Notes: generated by a model from the letters alone, not told the origin. A stretch of 63,991 nucleotides of DNA, filler included, from Rozella allomycis CSF55 (GCA_000442015.1; 14 parts of 14 records of this genome joined end to end with filler, not necessarily neighbours in it); one strand, 5' to 3'; positions 40,570 to 54,464 are shown, numbered from the whole stretch's first letter. Numbers and translations: made by a program.

Positions 40570-42267
40570 TTATGAAAATCTACAATAAAGTCCATGCCAG
40601 AACCGTAAATGAAACGGCGCTGCTAATGGCAGCATTACATCTTCTAACGGCAGGTAATCCTTGTTTATGTATTTATCCTTGTTGTTTGTCATTATTTGCC
40701 AAATAGAGACGGTGTTCTTATAGATGCCTCTAGAGTATCGATCGTGCTCACAATTTAAAAGAAAGTTGCCGAATTGGCAAGAATATAAGCCTTCAAAGAC
40801 ATCAACAAGGAATCGCTCGTTGAATTCAAAGTGCGTCGGATTTTGCTGCATGATTTGCCATGTGCATTCCAGAAATTGATGAAACACTGGTGAGCATTCC
40901 TTGTAATGATGAGATTTCGGATGTTTTGACAAATGCCCACATCTGTCTAAAAATTTATGGCCAAATGAAATCCATTCCTTTTCTATTAAAACAATGTACC
41001 CTTGGATTGTTCTGAAATATGGATCTAAACAAAGTTGCGCTAATCCGCTGAGTTGAGCTGTTCTATCCCATCCTATGAAAAAGTAAATTTTATTCTACCA
41101 TCACTGCAATGAATTAAAACATTTGCACCTTCCAGATAAATTCCTTTGACAATAATTATCACCGCGTCCAAAATCAACTTTATATGTTTCATCCAATCAG
41201 TTGCCTCTAAAGCTGAAAGCCAATTTTCATAGCCCATGTCTTGTTTTTGCAACGCTTCTGATATATAAACGAATCAATTACCTTCGATCAATTTGTTTAA
41301 TGATTCTCGCATTACGTGAATATTTTCTATGCCCATAAACATTCTTTTGCTGTTTTTATAATTCTGAGTACTTTCAAATCCAGCCCCCATTGCTTTATTC
41401 GCCATTGCTTTCAAACTAAATCTTACAAATTACCATTTGTCGTTGGTCTCGCATCAATTATGTAATTCTTCATGCTTTGATCCTTTAAATCTGAATTTGA
41501 ATCAAATATCGCTTCTAGTAGTTTTTCATCTTGAATGCTTCGATTTTGCTTTATGCCAACAAGGGGCTGACTAGATCTAGTTATAGTTCCCTATCATCAC
41601 TTCACTTTCACTTTTTTACGAAATTTGGCGAATAAATGAATGATAAAACTGGAAGTCTGTTTTTGGTTCTAAATTTGGCCGCGTGAAATATAACATTATC
41701 ACTTATCTTTTCTGGAACCCCAAAGACTTTAGGATAAGTTTTGCAAATGGAATAATTTTCATTGGCTGTTGATAATCTCCATCTTTTAGGATCCTTATTG
41801 CCACCCATGCGTTCAAATTCTTTAAATGGATCATAATAATCTATCCATTCCAAATTTGATTCTATTTTGTTTTGAAATGCATAAAACCTCTCAATGCTCA
41901 CTTTAAAGCGCTAGGAAATTCCATACTTTTGTAAACATTCTGTGAAATTGCATTGTACACAATAGAACCCTCAGGCTCATTCATTATTAACTTGAAGAAG
42001 AAAAAATGTCTACAGCAGATTTCTATAGTTAAAGCATAACCACTAGAATTGTTTTTCAGCTTTTCCACGCTATATATTAATGAATAGAGAAGCTATTGTT
42101 AATACTAGATTGCTCACTACCTTAATTTGTTCACTGTTGAAACGTAAAACAATGTCGTATTCATTTAATATAATAAAACCTTTGATTTGAGGCTTCTTAT
42201 GTCTTTCTATAACTACGTCTTCAAGAACAAAAGGAATTGTTTCCATTCCAAAACTTGAAGCCACCAT
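40570..42267 (-). CDS. Myotubularin-family phosphoinositide phosphatase
   Basis: [26 protein letters not shown]-like [16 protein letters not shown]. Confidence 0.95.
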
Positions 42268-42557
42268 GCATAACGTTTTTCACATGTCGGACGTGAAAAT
42301 CTCGCGGCGTAACATAAAAATTCAAAAAGTAATTGCAAAATAGCATCACAATTATTTATTGTCGAGGATTGAAATTAAATAATTGGATACCTAGTTTCGA
42401 TTTGAAACGACAAGATAACTTTCCTTTGCCTCTACAGTGAAATAAAATAAAAGAAAAAGTAACCAAAATTCTTATTCTATGCTATGTTTTATAGAATGTA
42501 TTCAATTCTATCACGCAGCCACTATCAACATTGTTTGTTGACATTTTTATTGTCCAC

Positions 42558-45500
42558 ATGAGTGATCCTCCAGCATTTTACAAAGTGGTATTCAATGATA
42601 AGGATCTTGTATCAAATTACCTATATCCTTCCAATTTTATAAAGACGTCAAAATACACATTTTACAACTTTATTCCTCTAAATTTATATGAACAGGTAAT
42701 TCATGATTCTGATAATAAAAGTTCAAAAGATTTTACAACTTGTATTTTCTGCTTGGCGCTTGTTTGACAGCCCTCGGTGATCTAATCCCAATTGACCCAT
42801 TCGTACAAATCGCACCTCTTGTACTAGTTGTGACTGTCACAGCAATTAAACAAGGTTTGGAAGACAGGGTAAACCAAGATTTAGACTTCTAGTTAGAAAA
42901 GACATGTTGAAGATAATATAGCAAACAATATACCGTATCTGGTGTTCAGAAATGACAAATTTGAAATGATTTTGAATAGAAACATCAAACCGGGAGATAT
43001 AGTGAAAGTCTGCAAGGGTCAGAAATTTCCTGCAGATTTGATTATATTAGCTTCATCCCACAAAGACGGTTCATGCTTTGTAGAAACCTCGGACCTGGAT
43101 GGAGAAAGCAACTTGAAGCGAAAACAAGCGATTGAAGATTTGAATAAATTTATAATACCTGAATCAAACCATGGATTGCAACTAGATAAGATATCTGGTA
43201 CCGTGCAATCGGACATGCCCAATGAAAGAATGAACGTATTTAATGGAAAACTATCAATTAAACTGTCAAAGAATAACGAAAAGTCTTTTTCCCTTGGAAT
43301 GTCACAAGTACTACTCAGAGGTGCTAAATTGAGAAACACCGAGGAAATTTATGGTGTTGTTGTTTATGCAGGTCCAGATACTAAAATAATGAGGTATAAT
43401 GTATATCTCGAGATTACAGGAATTTAAAGCAGACTGATTTAAAGTTTTCAACAATGGAAAAACAAGTGAACCGAATTACTCTGGTAGTTTTGAGCATGAA
43501 ATTCAGTTTGTTATTTATATTGTCGGGTTTGGCGGGTAATTTTCAAGAATCCACAGGAAAACTTTCGTGGTATTTGGAGAACTCGAATTCAGGAATATAT
43601 GTAATGTGTAATTGAATTAATCAAAGGTGTTTACGACTAGCTTAGTCACATTTTTTATTCTATTAACATATATGGTTCCACTTTCACTTTTTGTGACATT
43701 TGAATTAGTTAGGGTTGGTCAAGCATTGTTCATGGAATGGGACACTTCGATGTCAAGTGGAGATAAGCCAATGAAGGTTAAGAATTCAAATTTGAACGAA
43801 GATCTTGGAAAGGTAACCATAATTTCATTTGCTGAAATAGATTGAATATATTTTCAGCGACAAAACTGGAACATTAACAAGAAATGAAATGACCATAACT
43901 CATTGGTACATTGACAAACATGGTGTATTTGATGAACAAAGCTCTCCTGGAATCTTAAGAGAATGCTTGACAAGAGCAACGCTAGATGATCAGTCGCTAG
44001 AAGAAATAAAATTTTTCATAAAACATTTGTCAATATGCCACGGAGTGCTTCCTTCTGAAGAAAATGGTAAGCTTTTTACTACTTTTTGTTAGGACAGATT
44101 GTTTTTGAAGCACAAAGTCCAGAGGAACTGGCAATTCTAAAGTCGTTGGGTTCGAATGGTGTTGTTTTAAAGGACAGGACCAAATATGTAATAACGCTAG
44201 AGGAATTTGGAATTATTAATCAATATCAAATATTAAATGTTTTAGAATTCAATTCCGATCGCAAGAGATTTTCTATTATCATTAGGACAATAAAGGGTAT
44301 CATTTGTTGTCTTCATTTTGAAAAGGCATTTTTCTATTTACAAAGGGAGCTGATACAATAATTATTGGGCTACTCGGGAAAGATCACGACAAAAGCTCTA
44401 TTCAAAAAATGGAGAAACAAGTAGATGAATTCGCTAAACGAGGCCTGCGTACTCTAGCAGTAGCTTGGAAGCAATTAAGTGAAGATGAATATGAGAATTT
44501 TAAACAAATTTATAAAGATGCTGAAGAATCGTTAGAAGATCGAGAAAATAGAGTCATGAAAGCATGCGAAGTTGTTGAAAATCAATTAACATTGCTAGGT
44601 GCAATGGCTATTGAAGATAGGCTTCAAGAAAATGTTCCTGAAACAATTGCGTACTTCATAAATGCAGGAGTAAAAATTTGGCTCCTGACAGGCGACAAAC
44701 AAGAAACTGCAATCAACATCGGACTTTCTTCAAATCTAATTTCTAATGGAATGGAAATATTAATTCTTAATGCGAAAACAAAAGAAGAGTGCGATAATAA
44801 AATCGGACTGCTATTTGAAGCTGCAAAAGAATTTCATTTAACGGCAGGATGCACCCTTGTCGTAGACGGAGCTACTCTAATCTTTGCATTGGATTTTGAG
44901 TTGGAAAACAAATTTCTAGATTTAGCAAAGCTATGCCATTCTGTCATTTGCTGTAGAGTGACACCATTACAGAAAGCACAAGTTGTTCGACTAGTGAAGG
45001 ATAAACTCAAAAAAATAACATTAAGTATTGGCGATGGAGCCAATGATGTAAGCATGATACAAGCGGCACATGTTGGAGTTGGGCTAATGGGAAAAGAAGG
45101 AGGTCAAGCGTCTAGAGCATCTGATTATTCCTTTGTAAATTTCAAGTATTATTGATAAGCAATAAAATATAGATCACTGTTACCATTATTAGCCGTACAT
45201 GGGAGATATTCAGCCATGAGAATGGGCAAGCTAACATTGTATTCATTTTATAAAAATATTTTGCTCATTCTTGTTCTAGTTTGGATGTCACCGTTTTACG
45301 GATTCTCTGGAAGTTCAATGTATAATGATAGATTTTTAACCTTGTTTAACGTCATCTTTACATCACTGGGGCCATTGTGTCTGGCACTATTTGAAAAGGA
45401 CGTTTCTCAAGAAACTATTCTAAATGTATTTTCTTTAAATAGCATCTAATAGAACCCAAGGCTTTACTCTAGCATTAAATCAGGCCTGTATTTTAGTTCA

Positions 45501-46065
45501 AAGAAAATGTTCTTGATATTTCTCAGCGCCATTTGGCATTCTCTTGGTATTTTATTATTATAAATATTATAGTTATTTTTTGCTTCATCTATTTAACGTT
45601 AAATGGAACAGATCTAGTTGGATATCGAAATTACGACGGTGGAAATGATTTACAAGCTCCCTTCATCGGAACAGTGGTATATTTGACTGTTTATTATAAA
45701 ATAATTGCAATGGTTCGGTAAGTGACGTCACATATTTCATGTTTATAGATATAATGTATCTTGGACAGCCTTTTCTTATTTATTGAGTGGTGCCGTTCTC
45801 CTATTTCATTTATTTGTTTTTGGCTTTATTTATGAAAGCGAATACGAAGTAGCATGTAAAATTCTTTCTTTAGATTTCTAAAGTGCTACTACATACTAGT
45901 GCGGGATACTATTTTGGTTTACTGCTAATTCCAGCAGCATGCATAATTTTTGATATTGCCATCGACTAGTAATTCAATATTTGTTTCTAATAAAGCTTGA
46001 GATGTCAAATAGATCCTTTAGACTGGGAAATTTTGCTAGAAGAGGAATTGAAACATAGAAAATAA
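42558..46065 (+). CDS. P4-type ATPase phospholipid flippase
   Basis: DLDGESNLK, FSDKTGTLT, WLLTGDKQETAINI, IGDGANDVSMIQAAHVGVG; 13 GT-AG introns. Confidence 0.96.
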
Positions 46066-46116
46066 TTGCATTGAATGTTAAATAAATTTCATAGTGGCTC
46101 AGCCCCTAACTAGTTA

Positions 46117-46538
46117 ATGGTACTTGTTTTTTTATTTTTTTACTTCAGAGTGATACCGATACCTTAAGAATTTTACAGTCAGACCAAAATTCTATCAACA
46201 GATACTCTGTAATTAACAGTCAAGTGCTTCGCCTTAAAGCTCAAAGGAAGGCTCTTAAACAAAGATTAGTAGACTTAGAAGATGCTATCAGCGAATTAGA
46301 ATTGATGGATGGACAGTGCAACCTAAAAGTTGGTGACGCTTTCATTTTGGACGATGCCGAAAAAATTGTCGAGCGTTTAAATAAGGAAAAAGAACAAATT
46401 GAGGCGGAACTAGAAGAAAAAAATCATGATTTTGAAGAAGGATCAACTGAAATGGCAAAATTGAAAAAGATTTTGTATGCAAAGTTTGGAAACCAGATTC
46501 AACTTGAGAGAGGCGACGAGGATGATGAAGATTCTTAA
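46117..46538 (+). CDS. PFDN4: Prefoldin subunit 4
   Basis: ATG-only first exon; DQNSINRYS, LEDAISELEL, KVGDAF, LKKILYAKFGNQIQLE. Confidence 0.9.
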
Positions 46539-46662
46539 TAAAGTATTTATTTGTTTTAAATGGAAAAACTTTAAAATGCATCAACTCAAAAAGACTATTT
46601 TTAATTGCTATTTCGCTTAATCTTAACAGCGTGTTTGAGATTTTTCGTGGAATTTTTGGACC

Positions 46663-48347
46663 ATGACAGATCCAAATTCCCTAGAAAATATTTTAGAGCT
46701 GATAGAAACCCAAAGAATAACAGAAATACCTATTCATCATGTCCAAGTTTTAATAAAAGAGGCGTTGGAACAGATTTCTTCAAAGGAAAACGGTAAAAAC
46801 AAAATTAAACTAATAATATAGACATAATAACAGCGACTAACATTGCGGAAATTCTGTTAAAGGAAAAGACTGAAATTGAGGCAGCATATGAAAGTTTAAG
46901 AGAAGAATCCAGGAACAACAAAACTGTACAGATGCTAGAAGAGGCCAACGGGAAACTGATAAAGGAAGTAGAGGAATTAAAAGCAACAATGCTAGAAAAA
47001 GATAAAGAAATACGTCGCTTAGAAAACAGAATAGAGTCTCTGGAATCGTTATCCATTAATGACAAGGAGAATTACAACCAAATTATAGAAAATCTTCAAG
47101 TAGAGTTGCAAAATCAGAAAAATCTTAAAGAGGATTACGATAAGCTGGTAATAAAGTTTGATAAGAACCAAGATCATGAAAAGCAGTTGAATAATTTGAT
47201 TGAAAAAATTGAAAGGAAAAATGAAACATTAGAGTATGAACTGGGGGAAGCTAAAGAAAAATTAGCGGAGACTTCATCTTTATCTTTAGAGTTAGAAGAG
47301 TATAAGGTGCTTTTTGAACAAACAACAGAAGAATTGCAATTAATAAAGGATGATTTTGTTAATCAGAGCCAAGAGTTAGAACAATGCAAATCTCTAATAA
47401 ACGAGTATAGGCTTACAATTGATTCATTGACTAAGCGCCTTGATCCTGCTCAGCAACCAGAAGCACCATGCGATGAGAACCCACTGAACCATTCGTTGTT
47501 TAGTGAAATAGAAGATAAAAGGGTTGAGCTTGAAAATAAGCATGACTCGCTATTGAAAAAGCATTCTGGTCTGATTAGGAGACACAAAGAGACGGTGCAA
47601 AAGCAAGAGCAAATGACTAGCCACATTTCAAGGCTAACTCAGCTCACTTTTAGCAATTCCAGTGATGATCAAATTCAAAGACTTTCACAAATTATTTCTC
47701 AATTACGTTCAGAAAATGAAACCCTCCAGAAAATGCTTGATTCAAATGCGAAAGGTCCCTTAAATAAAATCCAACAAAATCTAATAATAGAAAACGAAGA
47801 TTTGCCACATATTTTGAAATTAACAAATGATCAATTGAGCATTGAAAACGAATCTCTAAAAAAAGAAATAAAGAGTTTGACTTTAATCAACAATGAGCGC
47901 CTAATGACATCTGAAAACATGGAAAAAGAAGTTTTGAATTTGAAGAAAGAACTTTCTGAATGGAAAATGAAGACCATTCAATTAAACTATGAACTAGAAC
48001 AGATTCAAGCTTCGAACAAACTTGATGAGCAAGTTCACGATGACGAAGAAGGGAACAATGGAAATGAAGGAGAATCTGTACGAGAAAATTTTGATCCTGG
48101 ACAACAATGGGCGCAACTTCAACGTTTGTGGCGTGATGAAACGGCTCACCAGCTAGATTCAGCAAAGAAGCACCAAGAACAACTCGCTAATTTAGAGAAT
48201 AAAAGTGAATCTTTAAAAGAAGAAGAAAAAGAAAACACTAATGTTGAAAATAACAAAAGAAAGCTTGAAACTGTCGATAGTGGCACTGTGAAACCGCCAC
48301 CTAGAAAGAAAATTAATGCAACCAGTAATAAATGTCCCCAGCAATAG
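46663..48347 (+). CDS. SPDL1: Spindly-like dynein/dynactin adaptor
   Basis: Long coiled coil, Spindly motif NHSLFSEIEDKR, terminal CaaX-like CPQQ, degenerate CC1 box near the N-terminus. Confidence 0.8.
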
Positions 48348-48450
48348 CTATTCAACTAATAAAAAACACTTTTGTTGAAGTAAATTATCACTAATATCAT
48401 TTCGCTTGGTTTAAAAGGCTAAAATACGGCATTGAATTGTAAATTTCGAA

Positions 48451-49252
48451 ATGGAAGTTCAAACTTGGTTTCGCTCTCTGCCTTTCTGTACAAGATACAT
48501 ATTGCTTCTGTCAATAAGCGTCCCTCTTCTAGTTCGATTTAATATTATCTCCCCTTATTCGCTAATTTTGACATATGAAAAGGCAGTTATCAGGCTACAG
48601 GTACTATATTACAACTTGAATTATTTAAAGATTTGGAGATTTATAACTTGCCTCTTCCCATTATCTATCAATTTCAACACCATTTTCCTTCTCTTTTTTC
48701 GCTACAGATACTCGCTCGAGTTGGAAACAGGTCATTTTAATAGGAGAACAGCAGATTATGCCTATTTTCTTACATTGTTAGTTGTTGGATCATCAATCTT
48801 GGCTCTTACATTTGAAGCCAATTTTGAAATGCCATCTGCATTTACTATAGCCATTTTGTATCTCTGGAGCAAGCTAAATCCAAATATGACTGTTAGTTTC
48901 TTGTTCGGCATAACTTTCCAAGTAAAAAGCATCACATTTAATGAAAGGCGCAATATCTTGCATTCGCCATGATAGCATTAGATTTTCTAATGGGTGGTCC
49001 AATTATGGGTTCATTAATCGGCGTGTTTGTTTGCCATGTATATCATTTTTTTGCAATACTATATCCAAGTCTTCATGGAAGAGTTTATGTTAAAACACCA
49101 CAATTATTGTAACAATGGGCATTTAGAATTACGGTAGTTACAGATTGTTTGGAAATGATGAGAATTCATCTAGAGTTAATATAACGCAGTCTCCTCAAAT
49201 CAATCAAAGAACATATACCGTTCCATCTAGGGGAAGGACACTTAATGATTAG
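48451..49252 (+). CDS. Derlin (ERAD)
   Basis: WFRSLPFCTR, QIWRFITC, YRYSLELE..F..RTADY, LYLWSKLNP. Confidence 0.92.
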
Positions 49253-49849
49253 ACTATTGAATAAACATATTTTCNTTAATGATTAGACTATTGAATAAAC
49301 ATATTTTCGAAGCGGAAACTTTGTTTGAAGACCATATCTATGCCTCTTTTTAAAATTGAACATTTTTTATAGACAAATTTGTTTATTAATTTTAGTNNNN
49401 NNNNNNNNNNNNNNNNNNNNNNNNNNNNNNNNNNNNNNNNTTAATTAATTAANNNNNNNNNNNNNNNNNNNNNNNNNNNNNNNNNNNNNNNNNNNNTCGT
49501 CCATCATCCCCGCCACTTTACAAATAGTGATCTTAACATCTTAATCTTTCTAGAAACTTCAATATTCATTGTTATCAATTGAAATTGGACATTTTCCGTT
49601 AATTGATTCTAAAGCTTAACAAAAGTTGTTATTTGGATCGACGACTTAAGTCGACAAAACAAATTTGAAATTCTTATTTCAATTAGTTAAAAAAGACCGC
49701 AATATTAACGGCAATTGTATCATTGAGAAATCGAGATAATATTTGTGGAAAAGAAAATTGTTACAATTCTTGAAAATTGAAACCAGCTAAATCTAATTAA
49801 AGTTTAAAATATAATGCTACTAATTAAATTATTTTTAATTTATTGATTT

Positions 49850-50566
49850 TCACAGTTTCATGAATTCAGAATACACTTGAGCTGCAAATACCTGTCGTAT
49901 CTCAGGATAAAGCATTGGACGACATTCTCCGAAACCTATTGTATGCCTATAAAACATGTATTTCGCGCTATTTAGAAAATCGTCAGCTTGCGGAACAAGT
50001 TCCAAAAAATTTCTCTTAAATTCTTCAATTAGCGATTGTTCTTCCTCTTCTGTCATTATAACAGCATCTGCTTTTGTAAAAACTATAACCCTTTTCTTAA
50101 AGCTTTCTTTCGTAATTAAAGACGAGACAAAGTTGAATACAGTGGCAATATTGCTTGGGATTTTTCCTGCAGCAGGAAACAAAAACAATAACACGTTAGT
50201 TCCATCTTTCAAGAGTCGTGGCACTTGATCCGCTATTAAGCACGAAATCCCGTGATTCCTGATTTCGTTCTCATCAAATCCAGGTGTATCTACAACATGT
50301 AAATTGATACCTTCCGCGTAGCAGTCATATTTAGTGACAGTATCCAGGCTGTTCCGCGTATTACTATTCATTATGGTTCTTTCATCACCTGGAACTAAAT
50401 CGAACATGCCATGCAAAATGTTAACCATGGTTGTTTTTCCTGATCCACTGTAGCCGAGCAACAGGGCATTTATGTGCCTATCTGATACCTTAGATTCCCC
50501 AAGCACAGGCGAAGAATATAATGTCTTGGTAAAGCAAATGAGAGTTAGAACAGAAAAAAGTTTCAT
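49850..50566 (-). CDS. Intronless AIG1/septin-class (TRAFAC) GTPase with predicted signal peptide
   Basis: G1 GYSGSGKT, G3 VVDTPG, G4 VFTKAD; hydrophobic N-terminus MKLFSVLTLICF. Confidence 0.75.
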   Translation of the reverse strand: MKLFSVLTLICFTKTLYSSPVLGESKVSDRHINALLLGYSGSGKTTMVNILHGMFDLVPGDERTIMNSNTRNSLDTVTKYDCYAEGINLHVVDTPGFDENEIRNHGISCLIADQVPRLLKDGTNVLLFLFPAAGKIPSNIATVFNFVSSLITKESFKKRVIVFTKADAVIMTEEEEQSLIEEFKRNFLELVPQADDFLNSAKYMFYRHTIGFGECRPMLYPEIRQVFAAQVYSEFMKL

Positions 50567-50663
50567 CAGATGACAGGGCCAAGATTGGAAATTTTACAGA
50601 AAGATGTTTAGATTAGACTTGACAATTTTTTTCAAAATATGAAGTCTCTGTTAAGTTTTATGG

Positions 50664-51504
50664 TATTATACACATGTCTATCCACGGTGAAAACGTAGGA
50701 TTCGTTGACTCAAATTGCCAAGCATCTTCATCCGGATGAAGATCTTTTATAGCCTTTCTTAAAACTTCCATACATCTTGCCCTCTTTTTTTATTGACATA
50801 TACGGGTCTGACTGATTATTTTCTTCAGATATTCTGTTGATGACTCTAAAACATTTTCAATGGTATGCTTCTCTGTCGCCGCTAGTCTCAAGTTGAGATC
50901 TTTGAAATGATCTATCAATTATCAAATGAATTATCTCCTTAGAAGAACGCGAAGATTCAAAGTTGAATAAATTCAATCTCATTACGAAATTTGAATTAGC
51001 ATGAGAAGAGAATCGATAAAAATAGGATTGGAAGCACTACCTGTGTAGTGCTAAACGGTGTTGTTTTTTGGAAATTCTTGTGATAAATATTGAAGAAATA
51101 GTATTAGCGCATGGTTTAAAGAATTCATTTCGAATAGTCACAGAAAGTAGATCTATGTGTTTTTTAGATGAACTTTCTCGTATCTATGCTGCCATCAAGT
51201 TTTGAGCATAAAGTTTTGTGTTCCACAATTGAACTCTTTATCTCTAGGTCTCTCCTTTACATGATGAGGCTGGCAAATGCAGTATTCACACTAACACTTA
51301 TTGCATGCGTGATCGCTACACTTGGTGGAAATCCCTCTTCATCTTTAATTCTTTGTAAATAGTTCAAGTATCAACAGGCAACACTCGGTATGGCTCTTCT
51401 GATCATTATTTGTATCTCTTCTATCGGGTATATATTGTGATAGTAAAGCTGTAATGGCTTATCCTTATTTTCTGCACAACTCTTCTATTAAGATGTGTGA
51501 TGGA
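50664..51504 (-). pseudogene. Disrupted hypothetical coding remnants
   Basis: Short reading frames with in-frame stops; no family recognised. Confidence 0.2.
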
Positions 51505-51604
51505 NNNNNNNNNNNNNNNNNNNNNNNNNNNNNNNNNNNNNNNNNNNNTTAATTAATTAANNNNNNNNNNNNNNNNNNNNNNNNNNNNNNNNNNNNNNNN
51601 NNNN

Positions 51605-51956
51605 TCTAATGGTCCAATGTTAACCGTGATACACCCCATTCTTCTAGCCGCATCTAAGCAAAGAAAATGATTTTCTAGCATTCTGAAACGCTTACTTTTA
51701 TCATCTTTAAAGTTAACGGTTATGTCTTGATCCTTTATTAAACCAGGAGAATAGAAATTAATCAATTTGCTTTCATAAAAGAAATCTGAGATTACCAAAG
51801 GAGTACACCGTTGTGAATGGCAGAAACTATTGATTCAGGAGTGGAATCTATTGGCAGCATGTTTTTAACATCTGAACAGCTACTTAACGCTTCATTTATG
51901 TGTTCAACTAGTGCGGATGCTTCGCGCGGCGTAATTTCAGAATGAGACGATACCAT
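51605..51956 (-). CDS. Calponin-homology protein (fimbrin/plastin CH1-like), 3' truncated
   Basis: EASALVEHINEAL..LPID..NGVLLCKLIN..ENHFLCLDAARRMGCITVNIG. Confidence 0.75.
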
Positions 51957-52056
51957 TGATTACAATATGAGAGTGGCTGAAGTTATATTAATTGTTGCAA
52001 TCCAATTAGCAGCAATTAATAAATGAAATTATCTATTTCATGTACAAAAATGGTTT

Positions 52057-52773
52057 TTATTGGTTATTTAAATATTCTCCAGTAAGCTTCTGTAGGATTG
52101 AAATATTGTCCATTTCATTTTCTTCATCAGGGTCAATAGGTAATTCGTCAGCAAACGACTTTGACATCTGCTTTCTCTTCTGGGCGTTGGCTAATCGTGC
52201 TTCTATTCTCCTCTTTCTTTCGGCCTTTTGTCTTTCGGCCATTTCACGCCTTAAGCGAGTTTGCTTCCGCATTACTTCAAGTTCCTCTTGTTGTTTTGCC
52301 CTTTCTTCAGGATTCAGCGAGAATTTATAATAACTAATTCCCTTTGTTCTAATTTCTTTGCTTTCATCATAAAAACGGGGGCCAAGATTATCAATAGAAT
52401 CATCCTCAACACTTTCTTTTTCTATTTCATTCAAGGATTGTTCTTTGCTTAAATTAATATCATCGTTTTTATTTCTTTCATTACGAATAGCGTACCGCCT
52501 TACTGTTCTTTATCAGCAATATATTTTTCATATTCGTCTTTTGGTAGGACGCGATTGCGCCCAAATTCATCTTTAAACTCAATAAAATCATTGCTATCGG
52601 ATTCCTCCTCTGAATCTACTCTGTCTAATTCATTATAATATTTTTCAGCGAAATTGACCATTATTTCGTCCTTTTCCTTTTCATCCAGATCATCTACAAA
52701 AAGTAAGCATTCATAAATTACCAAATGAACAAATATCTTGTTTTAGCCTTTCATATATTTTTGCTTTCCGCTT
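52057..52773 (-). CDS. CCDC174/DUF4078-like protein, 5' partial
   Basis: EFKDEFGRNR, YDESKEIRTKGISYYKFS..ERAKQQEEL..RKQT. Confidence 0.75.
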
Positions 52774-53099
52774 NNNNNNNNNNNNNNNNNNNNNNNNNNN
52801 NNNNNNNNNNNNNNNNNTTAATTAATTAANNNNNNNNNNNNNNNNNNNNNNNNNNNNNNNNNNNNNNNNNNNNTTGATTTTCCTGGTCGCTCTAAATTAA
52901 TCCAGTATAAGGCATTACTGTTTCTTTTATAAGCCAATTCGCATACTATTATCTGGCCAAGCTGAAGCTCCATTCCACAAGTTTCATGAATGGAGCAACT
53001 TCTCCCATTGGTGCCTCTAGAAATCCCAGCAATAGTCAAAAATATATTGCTCTTAATAAAAATGATTTCGCCATCTTGATTTGATAACATTTTTTGTTT

Positions 53100-53570
53100 C
53101 TTCAAAATGTACAAGAAAACGACAAGGGTAAAAATTCCGCAGCAGTCTCAACTTTTTGTCGAATTACGGTACCTTTGAAGAACCAAAGTTCGTACAAGGT
53201 AACGACCGAAATGCCTAATCCAAAAGGATCGAAAATGACCCCGTCCCAATCCATCGGTATCTTGTCATCCCCCTGGAAAGAGTCGTGGTTTCCTTGCCGG
53301 AATTTCGGCTGTTTGCTGGTCGCAGTTCTGGATGAACTTTCCAACAATCAGGCTTAACGTACCCTTTCTTATTGCATCCAGTGCAGATGACAACCCGTGC
53401 GCGTTTTTTTGGATAGACCATGAGCCACAGTAGCAGAGTGGGATGCTTTGACATAGCCCACAGAAGAATCGGCCAATTGCTTACTCTTTGATGCACCAAT
53501 ATTAACGCTTTTGCAACCTGGTTCAACGAATCCAAGTAACCATGACGTAGCGTATTGTTCACAGATTCCC
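53100..53570 (-). mobile_element. Degenerate LTR-retrotransposon gag fragment (copia-like zinc knuckle)
   Basis: CTGCNKKGYVKPDCWKVHPELRP (CCHC with H->Y). Confidence 0.55.
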
Positions 53571-54464
53571 ATGTAGCATCCTGAATGCTGCTAATGAAAG
53601 GAGATATGAGGCATTCTTTTCGTCACTCTTCTCCCCATAACTTTTCATAGACACCTTTGCAGAAATTATATACGTACTTGCGCATATCAACGCCATTGAG
53701 CAAGAGTTTTCTAAAGATTTCACATATTAAATGCAAATATTTCATTTTGGAAGATCTGATCAAGTCATTCTTAAGCTGTGGCCAAATCCGATGCGAAGTT
53801 TGAACCTCAAATATTTTCAAACGAGAATAATATGGACACAGTTATTTCCCCATAGCTTTGCATTATAGATACTTTTGCAGAAAGTATAAACGTACTTGCG
53901 CATATCACCGCCATTTAAGACGGTAAGGGGAAATGACAAATGTGATTTAACAACACAGTGTTGTTGAAGAACGAGGCAGTGGCTAGATACGGATAAGACC
54001 CCGAATCCATTTTATCGGCTGTTCGCCATGCCATCTTATCTTGCGACAGTATTTGTCACACTTCCGAAGATGCCTTGAAACTCCGTGCTAGTCGACGCTT
54101 CCGAAATACGTTCACCGCCGACCACAAAAAACCGTAAATGGATTTTTCGGATTTGTCCAAAAAAATATCAACGTTAGTAAGAATTTGTTTTGGGCACAGC
54201 TACATAGCCACTGATGTTGTTGCATTAATGGCTGACGCAGGATGTCATCTTCAACACAGAGTATCCTCACTGACTATAAGATGGTTAAAATTGAAGAATA
54301 CGCCGACCATTTTCCGGTTGCCGCAATTATGGCGTTAGACAACAACACTAAATTTATTAATTATCAATTTTTTAGCCAAGANCTCTAGTGCAAAATTTAG
54401 AAATTCTTTTAAGTCAGGTCGTCAGCAAGCACACCTTAATTTAAATGAAAATAAAAAGGAATTC

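Noticed and set aside
50724-50743. 20-bp perfect palindrome atcttcatccggatgaagat
   Set aside because: Isolated, plausible by chance in 64 kb, and no supporting context.
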